From the NCBI GenBank assembly GCA_003427395.1, contig BFEA01000003.1, positions 118,905 through 182,904 of the forward strand: a stretch of DNA of 64,000 nucleotides, read 5' to 3'. The notes beneath the pieces are model-generated. The model was not told the DNA's origin, did not search any database, and was given only the letters and a program-made list of their open reading frames with translations. Each line of letters begins with the position of its first letter. The first letter of the stretch is position 1. A program made the position numbers and the translations under genes. Below, piece after piece: positions 1 to 10,600 of this stretch. The stretch is from Chara braunii (Eukaryota > Plantae > Charophyceae).

Positions 1-338
1 AGGGTCATAAGCCCCCTCCTTGCCATCGGACACGGGTACCCGTTAGTGATAGTCCGTGGATGCCTTATGGGTAACGTGAGGGGTCGGGTAGTATTCCATT
101 ATGGGATCGTTGAGCTAGCAAAAACGTCACGCCAGGGAACGGAGAGGTTGCGATGGGCTGTAAGAAAACTCTACTCATAATGTGACCGTTCAAGTTGGCG
201 ATTTGCCTTCAGGTCCGTTCCTTTTATTCTACCTGGTTATTATCCTCGAAAGACTCGGTTAATAAAACAAAAGATTTTAAATATTATTTGAGTTTAGTCC
301 CTCGTTTAGAACACAGAGGTTGCGATAAGCGGTGGTAC

Positions 339-346
339 TATAAAAG
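339..346 (+). promoter_or_regulatory. TATA box upstream of ORF A (copy 1)
   Basis: TATAAAAG in a block conserved with copy 2 (43683-43690, - strand), ~190 nt upstream of a GCCATGG start. Confidence 0.55.
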
Positions 347-528
347 AAAGGGGAAGTTGATTTCTGGTTACCGCCTTGCTAGTGAGCGTCAGGCGTGCTC
401 TCCACGCTCTGAGTCAGGTTGCTGCTCACAGCCAGTCGTTCGACTGCCTTGGCCTATGTTGTTCAAGCGCCCACTATTTTGGGCCAGTGGCCTGGTACGA
501 TACGGGGTTTATTGAGCAAAGTCCGGCC

Positions 529-1052
529 ATGGTGCAACATGGATATAGGCTGGACTGTTGGAACCTCCGGACGCGTTGGAGGCAAATGTCTAGGGAGGGA
601 CCAGTATCACCGTTATCCTCAACTACGACGGGGGAGATGAAATCGAACTGAAAATTGATGTAGAAGGGGCGAAGGAGGGGGAAATGAGAACTAATTCTAA
701 GCTGCAGGATGCGATCACGGAGGCAAGGGATCGCGCGGAAAGGCGTTGCAGGAGGGATGGAGTTACCACGAGGATGTTAGTGACACTGGCGTATCATGAG
801 GCGGAGACTTCCACCGACACGATACACCGGGAACAGGCACATTTGGACAGCGACTCAGGAGGAAAGAGCGAAATGAGGGAGGGAGGAGACAGGGAAACCG
901 ATCTCCAGTCCTGGAATCGGCCGGACCAGGTTCGCAAGAACCACCCTCAGGCGCGACCTGTGGAAGGCGGGCCCGAGGCCAGCTCGCGACAGCAGAGGCC
1001 CAGAGGCCGCGAGACAGTTGAGACGAGGGGCAAGAGGGAGAGACACGTGTGA
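529..1052 (+). pseudogene. ORF A, unknown protein, copy 1 (one frameshift near 605)
   Basis: MVQHGYR...EGP joins by a frameshift to ITVILNYD...EMRTNSKLQDAITEARDRAERRCRRD...DRETDLQSWNRPDQVRKNHP. Clearly homologous to ORF 42967-43470. Confidence 0.75.
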
Positions 1053-3067
1053 GAGAGAGATTCTTCGAGGGCGGCAGAAGAGCACAGAGGGCGGACGTCA
1101 ACTTTGACTTCCGCGTATGGGAGTACACCACAGGACAGGGATGACACGGAGTAGAGAGAGACACTATGGTTAACACGTGTAGTTGCGAATCACGTGCGAT
1201 CTGGCGGATGATGCCCTACCGGTAGAAGGGACGTGAGAGCGTGTGGTGTTGTTGACGTCACCTTCACTTCCGTTGGAGCGACGAGACTGTCACCCTTGCG
1301 CGGCTTAGGCGGCTATCATGGGAGGCATCACCCTTGCAAGAGTTGCGGTCGACGTGGACAGTTCGGGATGAGCTTGACCCGAGCTTGATCAAGCCAGGGC
1401 GGTCTTTTTTTTGCGAGTTCGGGCGACGGGGCCATCCATGCACGAACCCGGTGGAAAACGAGCCGGAGACAGACTCGCGACAGCGGACAAGCGGGCGGTA
1501 AGACCTTGCGTAGAGGGCACAAGGACAAGACAATGTCAACCTGTTTCTGCTCAGGTGAGGTAGTTGATCCGTCACGAGAGAGAGAAGAGACTTCTTGGGC
1601 GTGTAATGGGTGACAGACTCAAGGGACATGTAGGCTGGTGGAGCTCAATTCTCGATGACAGGAGAAGCCAGGCGCTCTAAACAGTTGCATCCGGGGGAAG
1701 GTGTTGTTCCAATTAAGGAAGAGAAAGGGGAAATCAGGTGCAGTGGGTGAAAACACCAGGGCGTGTTCGCCGTTCGATTGCACGATGACTAAAGCTGCGT
1801 CTAGGCAGTCACTGCTCGCTCACTAGTTGCTGTCGGAAGCAAGGGGGCGTTTTGCGAGGACCAGGATGGTTGTGTGGCTATTGGCAGCCATGTCATGGCA
1901 ATGTCTAGCGGTGCACGAGATGGAGAGAGAGAGCTCCCGCTAAGAGCTCTGAGCGACCAGTCTCCGAACGGTTTGTCTTAGTAACGTACTCTCGTGTGAC
2001 TGAATGTGGACTAGTCCTCCTCACGGGGTCTGATGAAACGTTCGTTGCGTATCATTTGAGTTTGACATCATTCATGGCGTAGCTCTCCTAGTACCCGTGT
2101 TTCCAAGGAGGGTGGGTTGATGGAGTAATGTCAATTAGGCGTATTGGGCGAAGAAAAAACTGGCGTTTTTTGCCATGCCCTGCGCAAACCGGTTCAACTG
2201 CTGAACTGGTAATCCCTGTTCGTCCTTCCTTTGTTGAGTTTAAGCCACGATTTTAGTCATTCCTATTCTGTAAGTTGATCAGATTTCACAGTGGTACTGT
2301 GGAAAGATTGCGAACGGAGAACGGGGACTGACAAAAATTACCTTTTGGTGCTATATGTGGCCACTTTTCCTACAATACTCGAGTCTCGGATTGATCGAAC
2401 CCTGCCTAATAGCAACAAACAGAAGGGAAAAGGGTTTTCTTGTGAGTCATTACAGCTATGCTGGAGGCATAACTTGATCGTGTAAAAGTTTCAATTAAAG
2501 CAAGTATTCCAAGTAAGGTTTTATCAGGTATCGCAATGAGGAAAGATGTATGATAAGAGGCCTGTAGTATTCAATTGTCAGCAGGAGAACTATGGAGTTA
2601 GACTGTGTACGAGCCTGTAGCGCTTTAGTCACCGTTCGTATGACTGTGAGGTGTTGAGAGACAAGTGAATGCCATCTCAGATGACTCTCGCGTAAACGTC
2701 CATTGAACTGGTAAGCATGAGAGGGTTACAGACTTGGCATCCGTATCCACTTCGTGAATAAAGTATCGACAATGATTTCCTTGGTTGAACATTCATCGAA
2801 CTGACCCGTTTTCTCTGAGTATTATTTTTTCTTTTCTTTTCTTGTTTAATAATAACTGGGAAAATGGGCAAGATCCGGACGGCAGAGTTGCAGGAAATGA
2901 GGCCTCAGATCATTACAACACGCTTTTTGACCAGGCGTTAAGAAAGAGGAAAAGGATTTTCCCCCAACGTGATTAAGCGAGTGTCATAGCCAACGAGAAT
3001 CTCAATCTTGATGATCTGATTCGTGGGTTTAGTAGGTCGACGCTTATCAACACTACCATTTTCGTTG

Positions 3068-3136
3068 ATGGGGAAAAGGAAAATACTACGAGAAGTCGCT
3101 TACCTCCTAGTAAAATTCCTAATTGATGGTGATTAG
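3068..3136 (+). CDS. ORF B, micro-ORF or conserved C-terminus of a short protein (MGKRKILREVAYLLVKFLIDGD), copy 1
   Basis: Hand-translated. Aligns with MGKRKAILRKIFYVLAKFLLDGD* at 41491-41562 (-) with synonymous differences and the same stop position. Confidence 0.5.
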   Translation: MGKRKILREVAYLLVKFLIDGD

Positions 3137-3984
3137 GTCTTTTTTTTTTTTTTTTTTTTTTTTTCTTTTGTGTCCTCCCTCATACATGAATGAGTACGTG
3201 TCAACGTTTTTTCGTATCCTGTGAGACACGAAGCAATGGGGCTTATGTACAACACGTAGGACTGGGAAGAGCGCTTGCCTAGACCCAGATATCATATAGT
3301 TGGGCTAGCAATAGTAACGCACTTGTGTTGTGCACTTGTGTTAGTCGAGTCAGACATCATGCTCTACGGAGGGCAAAGAGGGAACACGCAATACGCCCTG
3401 TTCGTGTTAGCCGTAAAACTGTACTTTATGCATGGAGATCTTAAGGTGCACAGTCTAGAGCAAGAACGTCCATGTTCGCGATTGTAACACCGAGTGCAGA
3501 GTGACCCTGCAATCAAAGTCAATCGGCAGACCTTGATTAAGCCCAATGCCTTGATCTCCTCTAGTAAGAATGATAAAGGACATGCCAAGTGACAGTATGC
3601 AGAATATGGACGGGTCATACAATTAAGTAGGTGCTTTTGGGATGCCTAAACTGTGTGTGGGTTGCATGAGACGAAAAGCTTTGAGCGACCCTGATTATGC
3701 GTGAGAAACCCCAGTGTCGGCCTCGTTTGGGTTCCCAAGAGCCCTTTTGATGTCGAGTGTGTCATAATCTTGACGATATGTCATTCAACATTGCAAATGC
3801 GCACTTACCACTTTCGGCTTGGCCTGCTCCTGGTCGATACCGACACCCTGAAAAAAAAAACGGGCAATGTGCTGTTGTGCGAAAACTGTTGGGGGCGACT
3901 TACTTCTCCTTGAGTATCAAGCCCAACCGAGTTGTTTTCAACCCACCTTACTTGTTGTTCGTAACTTGGTAAGTCATATGAAAC

Positions 3985-4230
3985 ATGAGAGAAGACGAAG
4001 TCCTATTAGTAAAGTGTTGTTCTGTGAGAGACAGAAAGGAAAGATGGGAGGAAGAAGCCTACACAGATAGGGAAACTCATAAACTGACTCAGAGGAGGTA
4101 TGTTGTAGAGATGGTCGGAGGAAAGAAGTATATCAAATATGTGCTTTACTTTTACTGTCGAGATGGTAAATTGCACAGTTTCAATTCGTTCCTAGAAGTC
4201 ATCGAACAGGCCAGATCAAGGCGCGTGTAG
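3985..4230 (+). CDS. ORF C, 81-aa unknown protein, copy 1
   Basis: Intact. Ungapped alignment to the 81-aa ORF at 40307-40552 gives 25/81 identities, with the motif YFYxxDG(K/R)LHS. Confidence 0.75.
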   Translation: MREDEVLLVKCCSVRDRKERWEEEAYTDRETHKLTQRRYVVEMVGGKKYIKYVLYFYCRDGKLHSFNSFLEVIEQARSRRV

Positions 4231-4516
4231 AAGCAGGAAATACCCAGACTCCCTTCACGAATTTCATTGGTATCTTGGTTAAGGAAAAGTTTCACCTTGC
4301 CCACTTCAGTGCTTTCAAGTAATCGGTGTCCTGGTAATCTAACATCCCAAAAGCTTGACCAGAATCAGATCACGGTCTGATTAGGATTTCAAATCTGTTC
4401 TCAATCAGTTTTCAAATCAGCAGTTCAACAATGTCTAGTCTTGTCGGCGTATCCGATAAGTAGGAAATACGCAGCTCTTGGTGCTCAGTCATGTCATCCG
4501 TCAACAACGCTCTTGT

Positions 4517-4630
4517 GCAGTTGTCAGTGACTAGTACTCAACGCAGTTGTCAGTGTACAGTACTCAACGCAGCTGTTGGTGACTAGTACGCAAACGCAGA
4601 TGTTAGTGACTAATACTCAATGTTGTTGTC
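4517..4630 (+). repeat. ~26-bp tandem repeat x4 (GCAGTTGTCAGTGACTAGTACTCAAC)
   Basis: Units start at about 4517, 4543, 4569 and 4596, upstream of ORF D. Confidence 0.8.
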
Positions 4631-4994
4631 AAAAGAGCGGCACTCAAAGCAACATTCAGAAACATGCTCAACTCTGTAAACTTGTCAACCCAATGACTAG
4701 TTGGTAATTGAATCAGCAACCTTTACATGTGATCAGAGCTCGGTGACTGTACTTCCCTGGACCTAATCAGGACTTAATTAAAATTTTTAATCAACGCCCA
4801 GACAATTTTTCAGGTAGCAATCCAGCAGCATTCAACTACAATCATTCCCCAACAATCTGTTATCTGTGCAACAGTCAGATCCTGGTCTGAACTGAACAGA
4901 CACTTGGCGGTTGTTATCCAACACAAAGTTCAACATTATTCAGACGGTATCTTTACTAGAAGGGACCGACCTGCCCTAATTTCCACTTCAGCCT

Positions 4995-5651
4995 ATGAGT
5001 ACAGTCCAATCATCCTCGGCTCAGGAGAATGTCCTGACCAGTCTCAATCTGATCGCTTCCGGAGATGCTTTCCGGTATCGGTATGTCAGTCCAGTCGGTT
5101 TCAGACAGGAGGACTTATCCATCTATGTGGTCCACACTGAGTTCGCTGGTGGTACCGTTCATGACTTGAGGCCCTACTTGAAGAAGGGCAAGGAGTCTCA
5201 TGAGCACTTTGACTTAGTCTGGACTGCAGCAGCCAAGTACCTGGAAGAGAGGGAGAAAGAGCTCGACGAGAGCGGTGCCAAGCTGATTCACAGTTTCGTA
5301 CCAAAGCTCTTCTCTGACTATCCCAGGCCTCCAATACCTTTTACTCTTATTGATGGTTCTTGTTGGGGTGACTTGATAGATTTGGCAAAGAGGTATATAT
5401 CACCAGCGCAGATTGACTATCAGGCCTTGACGGAGCCCTCAGAGTTCGATCATCTCGGACGAGGAATCTTCTCTAGACCCTATCTGCCTACATTATGGGA
5501 AGAGTTTTGTTCCATGATTGACTTTCGAGTCATGTACCTTGGATGTAAATGTTCAAAGCTTGCAGACTTCAGGTGGCTCTATATACAGAGGTCACAACCT
5601 CATAGAGTACGGAGACACGGCAAGAAACCCAAACGACGGACAACAAAATAA
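4995..5651 (+). CDS. ORF D, 218-aa unknown protein with basic C-terminal tail, copy 1
   Basis: Intact ORF. Strongly similar to the disrupted copy at 38832-39486 (e.g. AAKYLEERE, SDYPRPP, YLPTLWEEFC). Confidence 0.8.
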   Translation: MSTVQSSSAQENVLTSLNLIASGDAFRYRYVSPVGFRQEDLSIYVVHTEFAGGTVHDLRPYLKKGKESHEHFDLVWTAAAKYLEEREKELDESGAKLIHSFVPKLFSDYPRPPIPFTLIDGSCWGDLIDLAKRYISPAQIDYQALTEPSEFDHLGRGIFSRPYLPTLWEEFCSMIDFRVMYLGCKCSKLADFRWLYIQRSQPHRVRRHGKKPKRRTTK

Positions 5652-6671
5652 AAGATTGAGTGTGATGTTCAGAGGGATGAGTGAGGACTCCTGATTGGTG
5701 TTGGTCATGCTCTCTTCCATATATACTTCCTGAGACTATTATGAGTTTCCATTCTTCCCTCATTCATTTGACTTTGTCATTGCTCGAGTCAGTCGGTCTT
5801 GCTTCTTGCATTGTTCTTACTTGATGATTGCTTTCGTGGATGATTATGTCACAGTTCTCACGATCGGATTGACTTAATTGATGCATGCATAGCACTCCAC
5901 AATTTATGATTATTATTTGCACGATTCTCCGCTGTTCCGAATCAAAATAAAAGATTCCTAAGACCGGGGACCGGCGAAGACCGTAATTGAAGGGTCTCGC
6001 TCGAAGCCGGACGCACACAGCAGGAAGGGATTTGCTTTATTTGATTTATTTTATTTATTGCAAGAGCATACAAAATCCTGTGTGACAGCCTGTTGGCTTT
6101 CCGGTCGCCTGAAGTGGCCTGACTGGAAAAAGTGCGACAGCGCGAGCGAGAGAAAGAGAGAGAGAGAGAGATAACTCGCGTACTACTCCACGACAGCCCA
6201 GTCGTGTTCGCTTGCGATCAGCCACGAGGCAGGCGGAGGGGTTTCGCAGGAGGACGACTGTAGCAGCCCGTTCCACCAGATGTGATTGCTACAGGCCGAA
6301 CAGCTCAGTACCCAAGCGGAAGTATTCGTACGGGTCGGTACATGTCATTGACACGGCCCGGAAAGAAGCCCAAGTTCCACCCCGGCGGGTACCACACACT
6401 GTGTGACTGACGACACCAATGAACGGCCACACATCTTTGTCGCTTGCGACTCAACGGTCGGGCGAGTCCCCATGCTGTATCCGCCTCCCTTAGTCCGAAA
6501 AGTCCCACCAACTGCCCGCCCAAAAAGTCTTGCCTCACAATTCGAAAAAGTGCCTAAAAGATTGGGCAAGAGGGATTGAAGTTTTCTTTTTTACTACCGA
6601 CGGATCGGGCCCGTCCACTGCGCTTCTTTTTCAAACTCCCCAAAAAGAAGAGTAGTCGGATCATACTCTTA

Positions 6672-6969
6672 GGGCCTAGTTGCACTACTCTCCGTAGGCC
6701 AAGTTTGGCGAGTAGGCGCCTGGTTGCACTTACTCGCCAAACTTGGCGAATGCAAAATGTGTCAGACGGCTCGCCACACCGTCGACACAAGCGGTGGAAA
6801 GTGAATTCGGTTTCCGCGCCTGTGCACGGCGGTTTGTGGAGGGTGGTCATCGGACCTCTCCACAAAACAACTTTCTGGAGTGCAGGGCTTCACGAGTCGA
6901 CATCAGGTAGACAAAAAATTTTAACTTTTTGTAGAAGAAATCTAGTGGCGAGTAAGTGCAACCAGGCCT
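6672..6969. mobile_element. Harbinger/Tourist-like MITE
   Basis: TTA followed by GGGCCTAGTTGCACTACTC at the left end and GAGTAAGTGCAACCAGGCC at the right end. Non-coding. An inverted homolog lies at 22226-22575. Confidence 0.6.
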
Positions 6970-7613
6970 CGAGTTCGACACAATTCTTCTTTATATATAT
7001 ATATATATATATATAAGGCTTATTTATACATTGCAAATCCTTGGGATGAGGTTGGAGACCTCAACAATTCAACCCGGAGTTATCCTGGCAGCCTCAACCA
7101 GTTTAGCTTATGAGCAGTGCTCGGTAACCCCTCCATTGTTAAAACGGTCATCCTCAAAAAGGCTGGAAACCGGGTCCAGCATCCCTTCCTAGCCTACACT
7201 TTACAATATTGCTCTTTAACACATAGTAAAGAGAGAACAAAGCAAACTCTCAAAATCCTCATCTATCAACTAGTAAACAGGAAACCCAGATAAAAGTCAC
7301 AGTCCATAGATCTGTATACCTATTCTTATGACATAATGTTGCCAACAAAAAGCCCATTTTTTCGCTGTGCTGGAAATCGGGTCCAACGTCCCCTAAATGT
7401 TTCGTTCATATATCAACAAAAGAGAGAGAAGTGAAAGTTTTCCTGTGCATCTTCCAGTCGAGAGACCGTTTTCAGAATTGGGTCTAAAATGACACCTACA
7501 GGATTGTATATACCGGTCTGAAACTGTGTCCTGAGAAGCAGGTTGCCTATGAAGGCAGACTTCTCCCCTAAAGCGGCCGAACCGAGGACACGGCCCCCCC
7601 TCTTTATCCTGTA

Positions 7614-10600
7614 TCACATTACGGTCAGCGGTCCTTTCAACCATGGGGCCAATATCATTTTCCCTTCATCAGAAATTGTCACAAAGAGGTTGTTTTTCGC
7701 CCGAGTTTTACTGAACCATACAAAATCGTGATTTTTCCAATCCGTTATGATAACGAAACGGATTTTCTTTCTAATGTAATTGGTGGTCTGTTGTAGGCCA
7801 ATTGTTTCTCTCCGGAAGACTTTCGTGTTCTTCATAGCCCATATAGATTCCATTATTATTCCTCTGTAGATCAAGGTCTTGTACCACACACCTGACGAGA
7901 AGCTAGTTCCTTCAGATGGTTGACGATAAAGGATAAAGTTGTCAATCCAAATCAATCTCTCCTCACCACAGTCCTTCCATTTTTCTTTTCACCATTCTCA
8001 TAATTCGTTTGAAAAAGGGCAGCACAACCACACGTGAGCTGCGTTTTCCCAGCCCCAGTCGCACCTTTCACAGGTGGTGGGAATATTCATACCTTTGGAG
8101 TTGAGCCATAGCGCCGAGGGAGTAATTTGGAGGGACTAGAACCAAAGGATGGCGGCCCTCTTTTGGGACGGCATTTTTTCAGCGCTTTCCATAGCTTGAA
8201 CAAGACTTCATCTTGAATGTTTGTTACTTGCTGTGTTGCTAGTCTTCTCTGGACTGTGTAAATAGGTTTCTTGATAACCTTTTCCTGAAGCAACCGCATA
8301 CCAATCTTAGACTCGTAATGGTATAGGGGGGTAGGGGACGGCTCTGCCACCGAGGCGGGCCAGCCTAACAATAATGGTTCCACCCCCTTGTAATCAGGTC
8401 CTAGATTGAGGACTTGGATTTCCCTTGCCTGTCTGCCCTGGTGTTGACAGACTCTAGCTTCCATGAAACCTATTGTAGATGGGATGGTAGCGTCCTTCAT
8501 ATATTTCAGTTTGTCTCCTCCTTTGACTTTTCGAACCCAGCATTGTACCTTTATTTCCGCCCCGAGCTCAGGCTCCAAAACTTTCCAAATTGTACCATTT
8601 CCATCATCCGCCAGCAACCAGGTATGTTGGTTGTATTTTGTCCCCTCCCTTAGGGCTGTGACCCAATGGGGGGGGTAGCTTGCTCTGTCGTCTGGAGGTT
8701 TATTTCCTGGTTTCTCAAACTGGGAAGTTTTTCTCTTACCTTCAGCAGGGGGAGCCAGTCCCCTTCGCAGAGGTCCCACAAGTCTCTAATTTGTATTATT
8801 CCTCTTTCAATCAAGGCACGCCCAAAAGAGTATACACTCCCATCTGCCATAAGTAGGTCCTCCCCCTCAGTTTTTATGAAACTGTTTTCAAATATCACTT
8901 GGTTGAGAATCTCCTCCTTGGAGTTAGGCTCCCTAAGGGGGTGGGGCAAAACTTTGTTTCATGCAAATATGATATTTTTCCAAATGTGGGAGGATGACCG
9001 TCTATGGCTATATGATTTAATCTGTAGGCATAGCCAAACATGGGTTCCTTTTTGAAGATTTTATTCCTGTTGCAAGATGTACTCAGCCAACACTACCCAT
9101 ATTTTATCTTTAGGGTCGAACATTGCCAGTACAGATCATTTTGTCAGAAGAGCAATATTTTGCTGGTAGGGGTCTAAGATCCCCATGCCCCCTTGATCTC
9201 TTGGGCAGGCTATGGTTTTCCAGGCCACTTTGACGATAAAACCTTAGTCTTCCTCCGACCGAGGTTTCTAGATGTATCTTGCCCCAACCACCTTTATCGC
9301 CTTGTAAGCCTCCTCCCTTAGCAGGTGAACCGAGAGTGGAAACCAGAGGGTAGAGAAGGTTGATGAGGAGAGAATCAGCGCTCTCCCAAATAGGGAGAGC
9401 CTGTGGTGGCGGATCCAACCCAGGATTTTCCCTACCACCTTGTCTTTAAGGAGAGCGTCCTGGGCTCCGAAACAGTCCAACAGTGAAACCTGGACCCCTA
9501 GAAAGCGGTCTGAGGAGTTTGTTGGGATCAATTTCATGCCCCAATTGACGCAAAACGAAAAGGGGGGAGCGAGGATATAAACTGACTTTTTCCAATTGAT
9601 CGACACCTCTGAAAGGATACAGTATTCCTCCAAGACCCTCCTCAGTTCCGAGAAGGATTATGGCTTGTTTGCACAAGCGACCAGAGGGCAACCTTGGCGT
9701 AGGGATCTAGTTAGTGGGAAGACTTCTGAGAGTCTGTCAATTTACTAGCACAATTGAGGAGGCATCCTCATACATAGCCCTCACCCACTTACAGAACCCC
9801 ACTCCACAACTCATTTTATAAAGGGGTGTAAATACAAAAGTCCAGCCTACCTTGTCATAAGCCTTTTTCATATCTAGTAACAACACTGCCATATCTAGTT
9901 TTTCCTTTCCTAGAATCTCAAGGGCTTGGATGATGGATATTATGTTGTCAAAGATTGTCCTCCCTTTCACAAAAGCTCCTTGTTCCCACCCTATCAATTG
10001 TGGCAGGTAGTTTGAGAGTCTGAGCACAAGGGTCTTAGCTAGGATTTTGTAAGCAACGTTTAGTACTGAGATAGGTCTGTAGTTTTTGACTTCCTTTTTT
10101 GTCTCCTTTCTTATAAAGTAGAGAGATCACGCATGTTAGCCATGTTTTAGGCAACCTACCTAATTGTAAGGAATGATTAAAAATATGACAAAAAAAAGGG
10201 CTGAAGGAATCCGAGCAACATAGGAAGAGCTTCACGGGTAATCCATTTGATCCCGGACATTTCCCTTTGACCATCTGTTTTGCTGTCGTCAATAGCTCCT
10301 GTACTGAGAAAAACTCATCCAAGGCTTGTCTGGCTGAGAGTGGTAATGAAGTTTGCATGTTGTCCCAAAATGTTGATACTCCTGAGAGATCCGTGTCTAC
10401 AGAGGCTTAGAGGCGCCTCGAGGAGACTATCTCTGCATGGTAGAGTTTGGCATACTGACACGTCTCCCCTATGTCTTGGGCAATGGGGGCATTGGGGTCC
10501 GCGGGGTGTACCAATTCCCTCAATAACGGCTTAGCTTGATGTAAGAGTACGGACCTGAACGTCATTTTGGTCATCTTGTCGTAGTCTGTTAGGCCCCTTA

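Larger units (their letters stand above)
1..6139 (+). mobile_element. Unclassified multi-ORF repeat element, copy 1 (5' end outside window); possible giant LTR
   Basis: 1-56 is the near-exact reverse complement of ~43974-44029. About 5670-6137 matches the reverse complement of ~38342-38790. Four ORFs are colinear with copy 2. Homology stops at ...GAAAAAGTGCGACA (6139) and the flanks of the two copies are unrelated. Confidence 0.85.

Noticed and set aside
4517-4630. CRISPR-like array
   Set aside because: The units are head-to-tail with no unique spacers, there are no cas genes, and the context is eukaryotic.
6100-6126. Helitron 3' end (hairpin + CTRR) for the multi-ORF element
   Set aside because: CTGG/CTAG is followed by A rather than T, homology between copies continues ~10 nt beyond it, and there is no Rep/helicase.
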